A program made the translations under genes and the position numbers. A stretch of 60,098 nt of DNA from contig JARVGK010000019.1 in NCBI GenBank assembly GCA_029762535.1, forward strand, positions 1 through 60,098. The letters run 5' to 3'. Positions 21,405-31,017 of this stretch are shown piece after piece. This DNA is from Thermoplasmatota archaeon. Lineage in GTDB: Archaea > Thermoplasmatota > Penumbrarchaeia > Penumbrarchaeales > Penumbrarchaeaceae. Position 1 is the stretch's first letter; each line of letters opens with the position of its first letter. Under the pieces are notes generated by a model that made no database searches, was not told the DNA's origin, and saw only the letters and a program-made list of their open reading frames with translations.

Positions 21405-21624
21405 ACCATATACCTCCCGTCACCGCAGAGAATCCGTGTCTTTCCCATAGCTCGGCATCATTCCCCCGATGCTCAGAAGCATCATGTTTCGGATCATCGA
21501 CATATACGAATACCATTATATATTATATTCCTCGCCACATTTCTCGGGATGATAACGTTGGAATATGCATTCTGCATTTTTTTGGGGCGAAATCAAGATA
21601 ACCATCGAAGGCATCCCACCGTTC

Positions 21625-22281
21625 ATGCATCAGATCATGACCGTGGACATGGAGAAGGACCTCCTGGAGGCCAACAGGGCGCTCGCCAGGGAGAACAACG
21701 GCCTTCTCAAGGATAAGGGCATACGATCGGTGGACTTCCTCGGATCGGTAGGGTCCGGAAAGACATTGCTGATCCAGAGGCTCTCAGAGAGGCTCATGGA
21801 CAGAGGGATGAGGGTGGGGGCGGTGACCGGGGACGTATCCGGCGACGACGACATGAGGAGGCTCTCCGCGATAGGGATCCCCGTCGCTAACGTCAATACC
21901 GGGAAGGAATGCCATCTGGACGCACATCTGGCGGAGCACGCCCTTGAGGACCTGCCCCTGGACGACCTGGACGTGGTTTTCTTCGAGAACGTGGGCAACC
22001 TAGTATGCCCGGCCGATTTTCCGATAGGAGCGGACAGGAGGGTGGTCGTAATATCGGTGACAGAGGGCGATGACATGATCAGGAAGCACCCCATGATATT
22101 CATGGAATCGGACGTCATCGTCATCAATAAGACGGATCTGGCCCCCGTGATGGAGGTGGACCTCGCTCTGCTTCAAGGTGATGCGGGAAGGGTCAGGCCG
22201 GACGCCCCTTGCATACTAACCGATGCGAAGCGTGGCGGGGGCATCGACGATCTGATGGAGGCCCTGGGACTCCAGGGGTAA
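21625..22281 (+). CDS. hypB: Hydrogenase nickel incorporation GTPase HypB
   Basis: GSVGSGKT, GKECHLDAH, ENVGNLVCPA, NKTDL. Confidence 0.95.
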   Translation: MHQIMTVDMEKDLLEANRALARENNGLLKDKGIRSVDFLGSVGSGKTLLIQRLSERLMDRGMRVGAVTGDVSGDDDMRRLSAIGIPVANVNTGKECHLDAHLAEHALEDLPLDDLDVVFFENVGNLVCPADFPIGADRRVVVISVTEGDDMIRKHPMIFMESDVIVINKTDLAPVMEVDLALLQGDAGRVRPDAPCILTDAKRGGGIDDLMEALGLQG

Positions 22282-22285
22282 TTCC

Positions 22286-24628
22286 ATGAGGAGCGGCCCT
22301 CATCGCATCTCTGTCAGGGGGGTGGTCCAGGGGGTGGGCTTCAGGCCTACCGTGAAGAGGGTGGCCGATTCCATCGGCGCCCGCGGGCATGTCAGGAACG
22401 ACGGGTCCCACGTAACGATAGTCACCGATATCGAACCCGCCTCATTCATGGAAAGCGTCTCGAAGGCGCTCGGCCCCCTCGCAAGGATAGAGGGTTTCGT
22501 CTCCGAGGGGACGACCTGGGCCTCGGAAGGGTATCCCTCTCCACCGGATAAGTTCTGCATAGAGGAGTCCGCGGAAGGTGCCAGGGACTCTCTCCTCCCT
22601 CCGGATACGGCGATATGCGAGCATTGCCTCGCGGAGATGCTCGATCCTGACGACAGAAGGCATGGCCATCCTTTCACGAACTGCACCGACTGCGGAGCCA
22701 GGTATTCCATCATAGGATCGGTCCCCTACGACAGGGAGAGGACCACCATGGCCCCCTTCGAGATGTGCCCCGAATGCAGGGCCGAATATTCCGGCAGCGA
22801 TGCCAGGCGTTTCCACGCTCAGACGCTTTCCTGCCCCCGGGATGGCCCCCTCTACCGCTTCCTCGGCCCCGGCCTGGAGCCGCGATCCGAAGGTCATGTT
22901 GCGATAAGGGACGCGGCCAGAGTCATCAAGGACGGCGGGAAGGTCATAGTCAAGGGCTGGGGCGGCATGCATATAGTCTGCGACCCGGAGCGGCTCGAGG
23001 ACATGAGGTCGTGGTACGGGCGGCCCCACAAGCCCTTTGCAGTGATGGTCGCGGACATCGAGATCGCCTCCCGGATCTGCGATCTCGACCGTGAGGCCGT
23101 CTCCTGCCTGGAGTCCCCCATGAGGCCGATCGTACTCGCAAAAAAGAGGATCGATCCACCTGAATGGGCCTTTAGAGGCCTGGACCTGGCATCTCCTGGA
23201 CTGGATTCGATAGGCATCTATCTGCCCTACGCGGGCGTCCACTATCTGCTGTTCAATGCCCTGAAGGAGGCCGGGCTATCACATCCCTGGATGCTGATGA
23301 CCTCGGCGAACGTCCCGGGGGAACCCATGGGGTTGGAACTGTCCGACGTCGCCTCTCTGGGGGCGGACGGTCACCTTGTCCATGACAGGGAGATCGCGTC
23401 ACGATGCGACGATACCGTATTCATACCCAACCCCATACCTGCTTCGGAGCATCTTTCCTCGCCGGGCCCCTTCGGCATCAGGGGTTTCATCATCAGAAGG
23501 TCCAGGGGTATAGTGCCCATGCCGCTGTCCTCGTCCCACGTCAATAGGGTAATTGGGATGGGGGCCGAGAGGAACCTCACGATATCCCTCGCAACGGGCG
23601 GAAGGACCTACACCACGCCATATCTTGGAAATTCAAGGGTGCCATCGGTCCTCGATCAGGCCGTGCGGTCCCTGGACAGGTTCAGGGACCTATTCGGGCC
23701 CGGGAGATGTGATGCGGTGGTCATAGACAGGCACCCGTCCTACACGACAGGCCGCCTGGGTCGGGAGATCGCCATGTCGGAGGGTGTTCCTCTCTTCGAG
23801 GTGCAGCATCATCACGCCCACGCGGCCTCTCTGCTTCTGGACGTGGACCTCCGAGAGGCCGGGGTGATAGTTCTGGATGGGGTGGGGTTCGGGGATGACG
23901 GGACGCCCTGGGGGGCGGAGGTCCTTGAGGCCCAGGGCCCCCGCTGCCGCAGGCTCGGTCATCTCGAGCCTTTCGGGCTCCCGGGCGGGGACAGCGCCGT
24001 GTATCATCCCGAGAGGATAGCATACTGGCTTTGTTCCGATGCGGGAAGGGATCTGTACATCGGCGATCCGGGGACGGCCCGTACGCTCGACAGCGTTCTC
24101 TCGAGGAGCATCATGACAACGTCCATGGGGAGGCTGCTCGACGCCCTTTCCGCTATCGTACTGGGCGTCACGTGGAGAAGCTATGACGGGGAACCGGCCA
24201 TGAGGCTTGAATCCGTTCTCTCCCGATCGCGGTCACCCTCCAGGCATCTCTTCGAAAGCGACATCAAGGGAGGCGTCGTCTGTTTAAAGAACCGGTGGGC
24301 GGCCCTGTTGGAAGCGCTTTTCGGGGAGGGGGATGTTATATTGCCCTCGCCGAAGCAAGGGTTGAGGACGGATGTCCCCGACATCGTCATGGGATTGGTC
24401 TCCTCGATCTTGGACGACCTGGTCCAGGTTTGCGTCGATGGCAGCCCCCTCTCCCATATCGGGATATCCGGGGGTGTTGCATACGACCTGCCGATAGTGA
24501 GGTCTTTCGTCTCCTCGGTCAGGGACAGGGGCCGGGTCCCCGTACTGCATTCGAACGTACCTCCGGGGGACGGAGGGATCTCGGTGGGGCAGGCTGAGAT
24601 CGGCGGACTTCTTCTGGACGGTAAATAG
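22286..24628 (+). CDS. hypF: Carbamoyltransferase HypF
   Basis: VQGVGFRP acylphosphatase, CxxC zinc fingers, QHHHAH, PPGDGGISVGQ. Confidence 0.95.
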   Translation: MRSGPHRISVRGVVQGVGFRPTVKRVADSIGARGHVRNDGSHVTIVTDIEPASFMESVSKALGPLARIEGFVSEGTTWASEGYPSPPDKFCIEESAEGARDSLLPPDTAICEHCLAEMLDPDDRRHGHPFTNCTDCGARYSIIGSVPYDRERTTMAPFEMCPECRAEYSGSDARRFHAQTLSCPRDGPLYRFLGPGLEPRSEGHVAIRDAARVIKDGGKVIVKGWGGMHIVCDPERLEDMRSWYGRPHKPFAVMVADIEIASRICDLDREAVSCLESPMRPIVLAKKRIDPPEWAFRGLDLASPGLDSIGIYLPYAGVHYLLFNALKEAGLSHPWMLMTSANVPGEPMGLELSDVASLGADGHLVHDREIASRCDDTVFIPNPIPASEHLSSPGPFGIRGFIIRRSRGIVPMPLSSSHVNRVIGMGAERNLTISLATGGRTYTTPYLGNSRVPSVLDQAVRSLDRFRDLFGPGRCDAVVIDRHPSYTTGRLGREIAMSEGVPLFEVQHHHAHAASLLLDVDLREAGVIVLDGVGFGDDGTPWGAEVLEAQGPRCRRLGHLEPFGLPGGDSAVYHPERIAYWLCSDAGRDLYIGDPGTARTLDSVLSRSIMTTSMGRLLDALSAIVLGVTWRSYDGEPAMRLESVLSRSRSPSRHLFESDIKGGVVCLKNRWAALLEALFGEGDVILPSPKQGLRTDVPDIVMGLVSSILDDLVQVCVDGSPLSHIGISGGVAYDLPIVRSFVSSVRDRGRVPVLHSNVPPGDGGISVGQAEIGGLLLDGK

Positions 24629-24677
24629 AGCATGTCAATCGCAAACCTGATTTAGGGGAATGATAGTCCCCTCCGCC

Positions 24678-24923
24678 ATGTGTCTTGCGATACCGGGCAG
24701 GGTCGTGGAGATCCTCGATGGCCGACGTGCGATGGTGGATTACGGAGGGACTCGAAGGGAGGCGGACCTCACATTCGTCGAGGCGGTGGTGGGACAGTAC
24801 GTGCTCGTACATGCCGGGTTCGCCATGCAGGTGCTGGAGGAATCCGACGCGCTCGAGACGCTCGCGCTCTGGGATGAGGCTCTCTCGTCCTTTTCGGGGT
24901 CCGACGACGGGGGAGATGCCTGA
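24678..24923 (+). CDS. hypC: Hydrogenase maturation chaperone HypC
   Basis: MCLAIPG, YVLVHAGFA. Confidence 0.95.
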   Translation: MCLAIPGRVVEILDGRRAMVDYGGTRREADLTFVEAVVGQYVLVHAGFAMQVLEESDALETLALWDEALSSFSGSDDGGDA

Positions 24924-24924
24924 A

Positions 24925-25311
24925 TTGCACGAGCTTTCGATAGCATCGAACCTCATCCAGGCCTTGAAGGACGCAATGGAACAACATCCCGGCTCATTGG
25001 GCGTGTCCTCCTTCGAGGTCCGCATCGGCAAAGCGTCCTTCGTCTCCCGGGAGCAGCTCGGTTTCTGTCTGGAGATATTATGCAAGGAGGACGGTCCTTT
25101 GAAGGATGCCAGGGTGTCCTTTTCCGAGGAGGATGTCGAGATCCGATGCTCCGGATGCGGGAGGATTGGCCCAATGGACATGGCCTCGGACCCCTCGTTC
25201 CACTACGCGCTGCCTATTTTTGCATGCCCGGAATGCGGGTCCTCCGTGGAGATCACCAAGGGCAGGTCCATATCCTTGACCAACGTGACCCTGTCGATGG
25301 AGGGGGAGTGA
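24925..25311 (+). CDS. hypA: Hydrogenase nickel chaperone HypA
   Basis: TTG start gives MHELSIA; CxxC...CPxC zinc site; alternative ATG at 24916. Confidence 0.9.
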   Translation: MHELSIASNLIQALKDAMEQHPGSLGVSSFEVRIGKASFVSREQLGFCLEILCKEDGPLKDARVSFSEEDVEIRCSGCGRIGPMDMASDPSFHYALPIFACPECGSSVEITKGRSISLTNVTLSMEGE

Positions 25312-26405
25312 TGGGGAGGGACGACTTCAGGGACCCGATCCGGGTGAGAAAGGCCCTGGATGCCATATCCGAACTGGGGATCGAACTGTCCGTGATGCAC
25401 GTGTGCGGAACGCATCAGGACACCCTTGTCAGGTTCGGCCTGGAGCCCCTTTTGAAAGAGGTCGGGGTTTCCGTGCGGCAGGGCCCCGGATGCCCGGTGT
25501 GCGTCACCACGCCCGAGGAGGTCGAGCTCGCGATCGTCCTCGCAAGGAAGGGGGCGATCATATGCACCTTCGGCGACATGGTGAAGGTCCCGGGCAGGGA
25601 TTCCACCCTCGCCGGCGAGAGGTCGCGCGGATCCGACGTGCGGATAGTTTACTCCCCGTCCGACTCCGTTGCCATAGCTATGGAGAACCCGGATAAGGAA
25701 GTGGTGTTCCTGGGGATCGGTTTCGAGACGACGGCTCCGACGACCTCGGCCCTTCTGCTCAAAGAGGACCTCCCTACCAACTTGAGCATACTCTCATATC
25801 ACAGGACTGTCCCCGAGGCCCTGAGCTTCATCGCCAGCAGTGGAGAGGTCCGCCTTGACGGCCTCATCGAGCCGGGACATGTGTCTATGATCATCGGCGA
25901 GGAGCCTTACAGGTTCCTCACGGATGAATACGGGATCCCGCAGGTGATAGCGGGGTTCGAACCCTTGGACCTGGTCATGGCATGCTTCGAGATCGCGAGG
26001 ATGAAGGCCGAGGGAAGGACGGAGCTCGTCAACCACTACTCCAGGGCGGTCAGAAGGGATGGGAACCCTTCGGCGCTTGCGGCAATGCGTAAGACCTTCG
26101 TGAAGGGGGATCGCCGCTGGAGAGGGTTCCCTGTCATCGAGGGATCGGCGCTGGACATCGCGCCGGAATTTTCCGAACGCGACGCCCTCAGGCGATTCGA
26201 GGAACAGCTCGAGCCCCTGGAGGGCGTCACTTTTCCCGAGCCCGAAGGATGCAGCTGCGGGGAGGTGCTGCGGGGGATCGTTGACCCGAGGGAATGCCCC
26301 TTGTTCGGGACGGCATGCACCCCTGACGATCCCGTCGGGCCGTGCATGGTCTCGAGGGAAGGGTCCTGCAACATCCTTCACAGATGGGGCGCCCCGGACC
26401 TGTAG
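25311..26405 (+). CDS. hypD: Hydrogenase maturation protein HypD
   Basis: HVCGTH, GPGCPVC, GFETT, PGHVS, GPCMVS.EG.C. Confidence 0.95.
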   Translation: MGRDDFRDPIRVRKALDAISELGIELSVMHVCGTHQDTLVRFGLEPLLKEVGVSVRQGPGCPVCVTTPEEVELAIVLARKGAIICTFGDMVKVPGRDSTLAGERSRGSDVRIVYSPSDSVAIAMENPDKEVVFLGIGFETTAPTTSALLLKEDLPTNLSILSYHRTVPEALSFIASSGEVRLDGLIEPGHVSMIIGEEPYRFLTDEYGIPQVIAGFEPLDLVMACFEIARMKAEGRTELVNHYSRAVRRDGNPSALAAMRKTFVKGDRRWRGFPVIEGSALDIAPEFSERDALRRFEEQLEPLEGVTFPEPEGCSCGEVLRGIVDPRECPLFGTACTPDDPVGPCMVSREGSCNILHRWGAPDL

Positions 26406-26572
26406 GAAAATACTTTCGGTTTTTAACACGACTACGTCGTGTGGGATATTTCCAGTCCGGTTATGTTCGTAAGGGTCCGGAGTGGAGGTATAAATAATAA
26501 TGAAGTGTAAAGCCCTCTGCTGATGCGTTCCGTTGGCATCGGCACGAAAACAGAAAAACGGAGGAATCGAAA

Positions 26573-26812
26573 ATGACGAACGAAACCAAACTGATGGGCT
26601 ATGTGAGGCGCTCCAACAACGGCGGCGCCATAAAGGTGAGCATCTCCGAGAACGCTTTCTCGGATGCGAGGAAGTACGAGAGCGCGAACGGCGAGAGGTA
26701 CGTCGGGATGATAATAAATCTCAACAAGCTCCGCGATCTCCTGACCGGCGAGAGGGATGTGACGAGCATCTCCCAGCTGGACGGGCAGATGCCCTCAGGC
26801 GAGTCCGCCTGA
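26573..26812 (+). CDS. Small hypothetical protein
   Basis: TATA-like site near 26489, GGAGG SD, compact beta/alpha sequence. Confidence 0.75.
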   Translation: MTNETKLMGYVRRSNNGGAIKVSISENAFSDARKYESANGERYVGMIINLNKLRDLLTGERDVTSISQLDGQMPSGESA

Positions 26813-26826
26813 GATCCACCCGTTGA

Positions 26827-26901
26827 GGGATGGTCCCATCGGACCATCCCGTTCCTGTGGGGCGCATGTCACCTCCGGATAACAGGTATCCCACAGGAAC
26901 G
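26827..26901. repeat. Two adjacent perfect inverted repeats
   Basis: GGGATGGTCC-CATC-GGACCATCCC (26827-26850); CGTTCCTGTGGG (26850-26861) with CCCACAGGAACG (26890-26901). Confidence 0.7.
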
Positions 26902-27050
26902 AACTCCCTTTCTCTCTATCCTACCTGTAGGGTAAGGACCGTATCTCGATCAGGTCTTATCAAGATACCGACATATTTGGGCGGGGTCAGAAAGATCCTT
27001 CTGGAATCGTCTTAGCAGACCACAAGTATGTCGAAAATTACATATCATAT

Positions 27051-27066
27051 TATCATTATAATGATA
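27051..27066. promoter_or_regulatory. Palindromic operator at the TA promoter
   Basis: Perfect 16-bp palindrome TATCATTATAATGATA ending 16 nt before the antitoxin ATG. Confidence 0.6.
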
Positions 27067-27082
27067 GAATAGAGGTTATATT

Positions 27083-27340
27083 ATGGTTATAATAGTTCCA
27101 GTGTCCGATCTTAGAAATCATTTCCGATCCATATCCGAGATATGCCACAAGGAAAATGAACCTGTATATCTGACAAAGAACGGCAAGGGAGACCTTGTCG
27201 TCATGAGCATGGCCCTGTATGAAAAGAACAAAGCACTGCTGGAGTTGTATGAAAAATTGACATTTGCTCAGAGGCAGAGTGACGAGGGATGCGATCGTGT
27301 GTCCCATGAAGAGGTCATCAGAAAACTGAGGAACAGGTAA
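27083..27340 (+). CDS. Phd/YefM family antitoxin
   Basis: I.PVSDLRN...EPVYLTKNGKGDLVVMS. Confidence 0.9.
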   Translation: MVIIVPVSDLRNHFRSISEICHKENEPVYLTKNGKGDLVVMSMALYEKNKALLELYEKLTFAQRQSDEGCDRVSHEEVIRKLRNR

Positions 27341-27341
27341 T

Positions 27342-27647
27342 ATGACCGAAATATACGGGATAGAATATCTTCCGATCGCGGTGGAGGATCTCCTTGAGAT
27401 ATTCGATTACATTAAGGAAGATGATCCATCCTCGGCAGGTCCGTTCATAGACCGGATCGACGAGGCCATCAGGAAGCTGGAGTGTTTTCCCTATCTCGGT
27501 TCGATCCCCAAGGATGATAGATTGGAACGATCCGGTCATCGAGTTCTCATCATCGATAATTATCCCGTATTCTATCTGGTAAGAAAGAATATCGTTGAGA
27601 TAAGAAGGATCATCCATGGAAGGAGAAAATATTCTTTCTTGTTTTAG
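27342..27647 (+). CDS. RelE/ParE family toxin
   Basis: A.EDL.EI.DYI, L..FP..G, R.L...NY.VFY, VEIRRIIHGRR. Confidence 0.9.
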   Translation: MTEIYGIEYLPIAVEDLLEIFDYIKEDDPSSAGPFIDRIDEAIRKLECFPYLGSIPKDDRLERSGHRVLIIDNYPVFYLVRKNIVEIRRIIHGRRKYSFLF

Positions 27648-28013
27648 ATACCCTTCAGATCATCTCCGATTCCCCTTGCCTATCGAAGAAGTACATTTTA
27701 CACCAAACTGATTTCTAAACAATAGCTCATATTATTATTCGACATCGTGATCCCAGGGAGAATGGTCCCTATCCGAAGGATCCGGGGCAATATAACCTCT
27801 ATTTGTTACTTCCCGGCCCCATCCCCCTCTTGAGAGGAGGATCACTGCAGCAATAGATGCGAAAACCATTGGTCACATAGAAAAGACGATCAGAAGGGAA
27901 TGGTCCCGAGATCGACCATTTCTCGCCCCTGGACGATGTAATCTTTATCGGCATAGATAATAAGTTCGGATCGCTCTCGTATCGATATGATCCATCCTCG
28001 TATGGGGATCCCC

Positions 28014-28754
28014 TCACAATATCCCGATGATCCCCGAGACGAGGCTCGAGATCCCCGCCGCGGCGACGAGGAGGAGGGCGATCCTCCTGAACCTCGCCTC
28101 CGGGATCCTGCCCGAGGCGAATATGCCAAGGGCCAATCCCAGAAGGAGCCCGGGCAATAGATATGCCGCCGGAAGGGCGGAGGAGGGGGTCATTATCCCT
28201 CCCGCGGCGAAGATCCCGATAGTTATAATATTGGTCGCCAGGAAGTAGGTGACGAGGTTCGCCCGGAAGTTGTCTCTGGGCATTTTCTGGTTCTGGAAGA
28301 ACAGGATCACCGGAGGTCCGCTCATCGTGACCGATCCCTGGAGCAGTCCTGAGAGGATCCCCACGGGGATCGATGCAAGGCGCTCCCTGTCGATCCTCAC
28401 GGAAAGGCCCAGGAGCAGCGCCGCGGATGTGATCAGCACCACGGCTCCGATGACGATCCTCAGGGCAGGGGGAGACATTACAAGTAGCAGGTACGTCCCC
28501 AGAGGGATCGCGATCGCGGCGCTTAGGAAAAGGGGGAGGACCGCCTTTAATTTCAGATGCTTCCTGGCGTGTATCAGCACCCCGATGTTGATCACGGTCC
28601 CTAGCAGAACGGTGACGGGGACGACCTCTTTCGGGGAGAGGAAGAGCGACAGGACCGGGACCATGATAAGCCCCGAACCGAAACCCGTCAGGCCCTGGAC
28701 CGCCCCCGCCATAGCGGCGATCAGAAGCCCGACCACTATGAGGACGGGATCCAC
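28014..28754 (-). CDS. TauE/SafE family (sulfite exporter-like) membrane protein
   Basis: G.VQGLTGFGSGL...P and SGPP motifs; GTG start at 28754 inferred. Confidence 0.85.
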   Translation of the reverse strand: MDPVLIVVGLLIAAMAGAVQGLTGFGSGLIMVPVLSLFLSPKEVVPVTVLLGTVINIGVLIHARKHLKLKAVLPLFLSAAIAIPLGTYLLLVMSPPALRIVIGAVVLITSAALLLGLSVRIDRERLASIPVGILSGLLQGSVTMSGPPVILFFQNQKMPRDNFRANLVTYFLATNIITIGIFAAGGIMTPSSALPAAYLLPGLLLGLALGIFASGRIPEARFRRIALLLVAAAGISSLVSGIIGIL

Positions 28755-28798
28755 GATACAGGCAAGGGATACGGATTTATACAATCTCCCCTGAGTAC

Positions 28799-29521
28799 TC
28801 ATCTGGACCCGAAATAGAACCCGGCGAAGGCGATGCTCCCTCCTATGAAGAAGAAGGGCAGCGAGTCGTAGAAGCCGAACAGCGCAGACAGGGAGATGAA
28901 AACTACGATGCACAAAACCGCTGCGGCTTTTAGATGCCTCAGCCACATGGGGGTCTCGAACTCAAAGCGGTTCGCGATCTTGTTGAAGATATAACCTATG
29001 GTGATCCCCCCTAAAACGTAATAGAACGAGATGTAGTCCCCATACAGCCGCCCGTCCCGAAGGAGCGAGTAGAGAAGAGCGATCGCGAATCCAGTGACCA
29101 GGACCCACCGTATGCTGCCCTTGGGCATGTTCAGTGGCTCTTTCGTATTCTTATCGACCACGGTTTGAGACCCGTGGTAAAAATAGTGTGTGCTCCTGAG
29201 GGCGAAGTAGTATCCGAACACAATCAGTATGGTCTCGAGCAGGAACGGCGGAGCAGGTTTTCCGGTGAATATCATCAGCCACAGCGTCCCGCAGAATATC
29301 AGCGTTATCAGGGATCGAACGGATCCCCTCGGGAGGTTCAGTGGCTCCTCCTTGCCCCTGTCGGCAAGGTCGATGAAGACGAAATCCCTCTGGGATTTGC
29401 TCCATTTCAGGGCAAAATGCCTTCGGCACTGCGGACAGTTGTAGATCGCCCCTTTGCCCAGGTATTCGGTGATCTCCCTCCCGCATGCCGGGCATCTCTC
29501 CCTGTTACCCTTTGACGTCAT
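28799..29521 (-). CDS. Membrane protein with N-terminal zinc ribbon and internally duplicated PLN.P.GS.R repeat
   Basis: CPAC/CPQC; EPLNLPRGSVR and EPLNMPKGSIR each followed by TM helices. Confidence 0.7.
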   Translation of the reverse strand: MTSKGNRERCPACGREITEYLGKGAIYNCPQCRRHFALKWSKSQRDFVFIDLADRGKEEPLNLPRGSVRSLITLIFCGTLWLMIFTGKPAPPFLLETILIVFGYYFALRSTHYFYHGSQTVVDKNTKEPLNMPKGSIRWVLVTGFAIALLYSLLRDGRLYGDYISFYYVLGGITIGYIFNKIANRFEFETPMWLRHLKAAAVLCIVVFISLSALFGFYDSLPFFFIGGSIAFAGFYFGSR

Positions 29522-29567
29522 CCTTTACCGGACCATGAGGGCGCTTCCGGGCATTTATTCGTTGCCC

Positions 29568-30281
29568 TCAGATGAGGAAGGGCACTCTCCTCTTGTAAGC
29601 ATCGTAATCGGCTATCCGCCCCATCTCCCTCTCCTCCACGATGCAGACGCGGACATACCATGCTACGAGGACGGACCCCAGTATCAGCGTCAATATCGTG
29701 GGCCAGCCTATCATCCAACCGCCGACGACGAGGATGAAGCCCAGGTACTGCGGGTGCCTGGATACAGAATAGACCCCGGAAGTGACCAGTACCCCTTTTT
29801 TGACACCTCTGTAAAGGGCAACCCATCCGATCATTATTATAGCGGACCCTATGATCATCATCAAGGCCCCGTAAACCATCGGGATCGTGAACCCGAAGCC
29901 CACTCCCAACAGGTCCACCTCGAGGGCGAGATCGGGGGCGGGGGCGGATCCCCCGCCCAGATATCTCGAGACGAAGAAGATAGTCAGGGGCAGCCCGTAC
30001 ATCTCGACGAACAGCGATACGAAGAAGGCCCCTACGAGGCCGAACCCCTTCCAATCGACCCTCTTCCTGAATGACAGGGGGATCAAAAATGAAACGAACA
30101 CTACTATGTTCAATAAGACCAACCACCACTGGTCGCGAATGAGCGATCCCGTGATCGAACCAATGAAATGCGCCGAGAAATGCTGATAAAGGCTTACGGG
30201 AAATAATAGCATGGACAGGAAAAATACAACGGAGGCGACCCTGATTACAGGATTACGCATCCATCCGGGCCGCCCCTTCAA
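29568..30281 (-). CDS. Isoprenylcysteine carboxyl methyltransferase / PEMT family membrane protein
   Basis: LVTSGVY..SRHPQYLG, EE...Y..YK.RVP. Confidence 0.85.
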   Translation of the reverse strand: MKGRPGWMRNPVIRVASVVFFLSMLLFPVSLYQHFSAHFIGSITGSLIRDQWWLVLLNIVVFVSFLIPLSFRKRVDWKGFGLVGAFFVSLFVEMYGLPLTIFFVSRYLGGGSAPAPDLALEVDLLGVGFGFTIPMVYGALMMIIGSAIIMIGWVALYRGVKKGVLVTSGVYSVSRHPQYLGFILVVGGWMIGWPTILTLILGSVLVAWYVRVCIVEEREMGRIADYDAYKRRVPFLI

Positions 30282-30979
30282 AATAGATCCTCCCTTGCAT
30301 TGACGACGCGCTCCGGCGCGTCGGTGAAGATCCCGTCCACGCCGATCGCGATCATCCCCGCGATACCTGTGGGCTCGTTCACTGTCCAGACGTTGACCTT
30401 GATCCCCCGCCGATGCGCCATCTCGACGAATTCGGTATTCGTAAAAGAATGCTCGGTATGAACGTATCTCAACCCCATCTCGTTCGCGAAATCGAGGGCC
30501 ATCCAGGGATCCCCCTCGATCAAAAAGGCCAAGGGCAGGTCCGATCCCAGCGCCTGGAAGTCGGCTATCGATATCGGGTTAAAAGAGCTTACGAGGAACA
30601 TCTCCGGAGGGATCCCCTTATCCCGCCTCTTTTTAACTTCAAGACCCGCAGGTCCCGCCACCCCCTTTCCCTTCAACTCTATGTTTATCGGGACCCTGCC
30701 GCAGAACTCGTCCAGGACCTCCGTGAGCAGAGGGATCCTCTCCCCTCCCCCCGCGTCGAGGGCCTTCAGCTCGGACAGGGACATATCCTTCACCCTCCCC
30801 GTCCCGTCCGTGGTCCTGTCCACCTCCTCGTCGTGTATAACGACCACGTAGTCGTCCGATGAGAGGTGAACGTCCAGCTCTATCATGTCCGCTCCCAACG
30901 ATACCGCCTTGCGAAAGGAGGATAGGGTGTTCTCCGGGGCATGGAAGGGGGCCCCGCGGTGCCCGATGGACAGTACCAT
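30278..30979 (-). CDS. Glycerophosphodiester phosphodiesterase
   Basis: GHRG..PENTL, ELDV, HD..DRTT, NIELK, WTVN, TD.P. Confidence 0.93.
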   Translation of the reverse strand: MVLSIGHRGAPFHAPENTLSSFRKAVSLGADMIELDVHLSSDDYVVVIHDEEVDRTTDGTGRVKDMSLSELKALDAGGGERIPLLTEVLDEFCGRVPINIELKGKGVAGPAGLEVKKRRDKGIPPEMFLVSSFNPISIADFQALGSDLPLAFLIEGDPWMALDFANEMGLRYVHTEHSFTNTEFVEMAHRRGIKVNVWTVNEPTGIAGMIAIGVDGIFTDAPERVVNAREDLF

Positions 30980-31017
30980 GTTCACTTCATGGTCGTGCAT
31001 CTAAAAAACGATGGCGG

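Noticed and set aside
24685-25310. Extended starts for HypA (24685) and HypD (25080)
   Set aside because: They overlap hypC and hypA; conserved N-termini begin at 24925 and 25311
27799-28017. Small ORFs in intergenic gaps (also 1426-1641, 55333-55530, 57686-57883)
   Set aside because: No motifs or convincing translation signals
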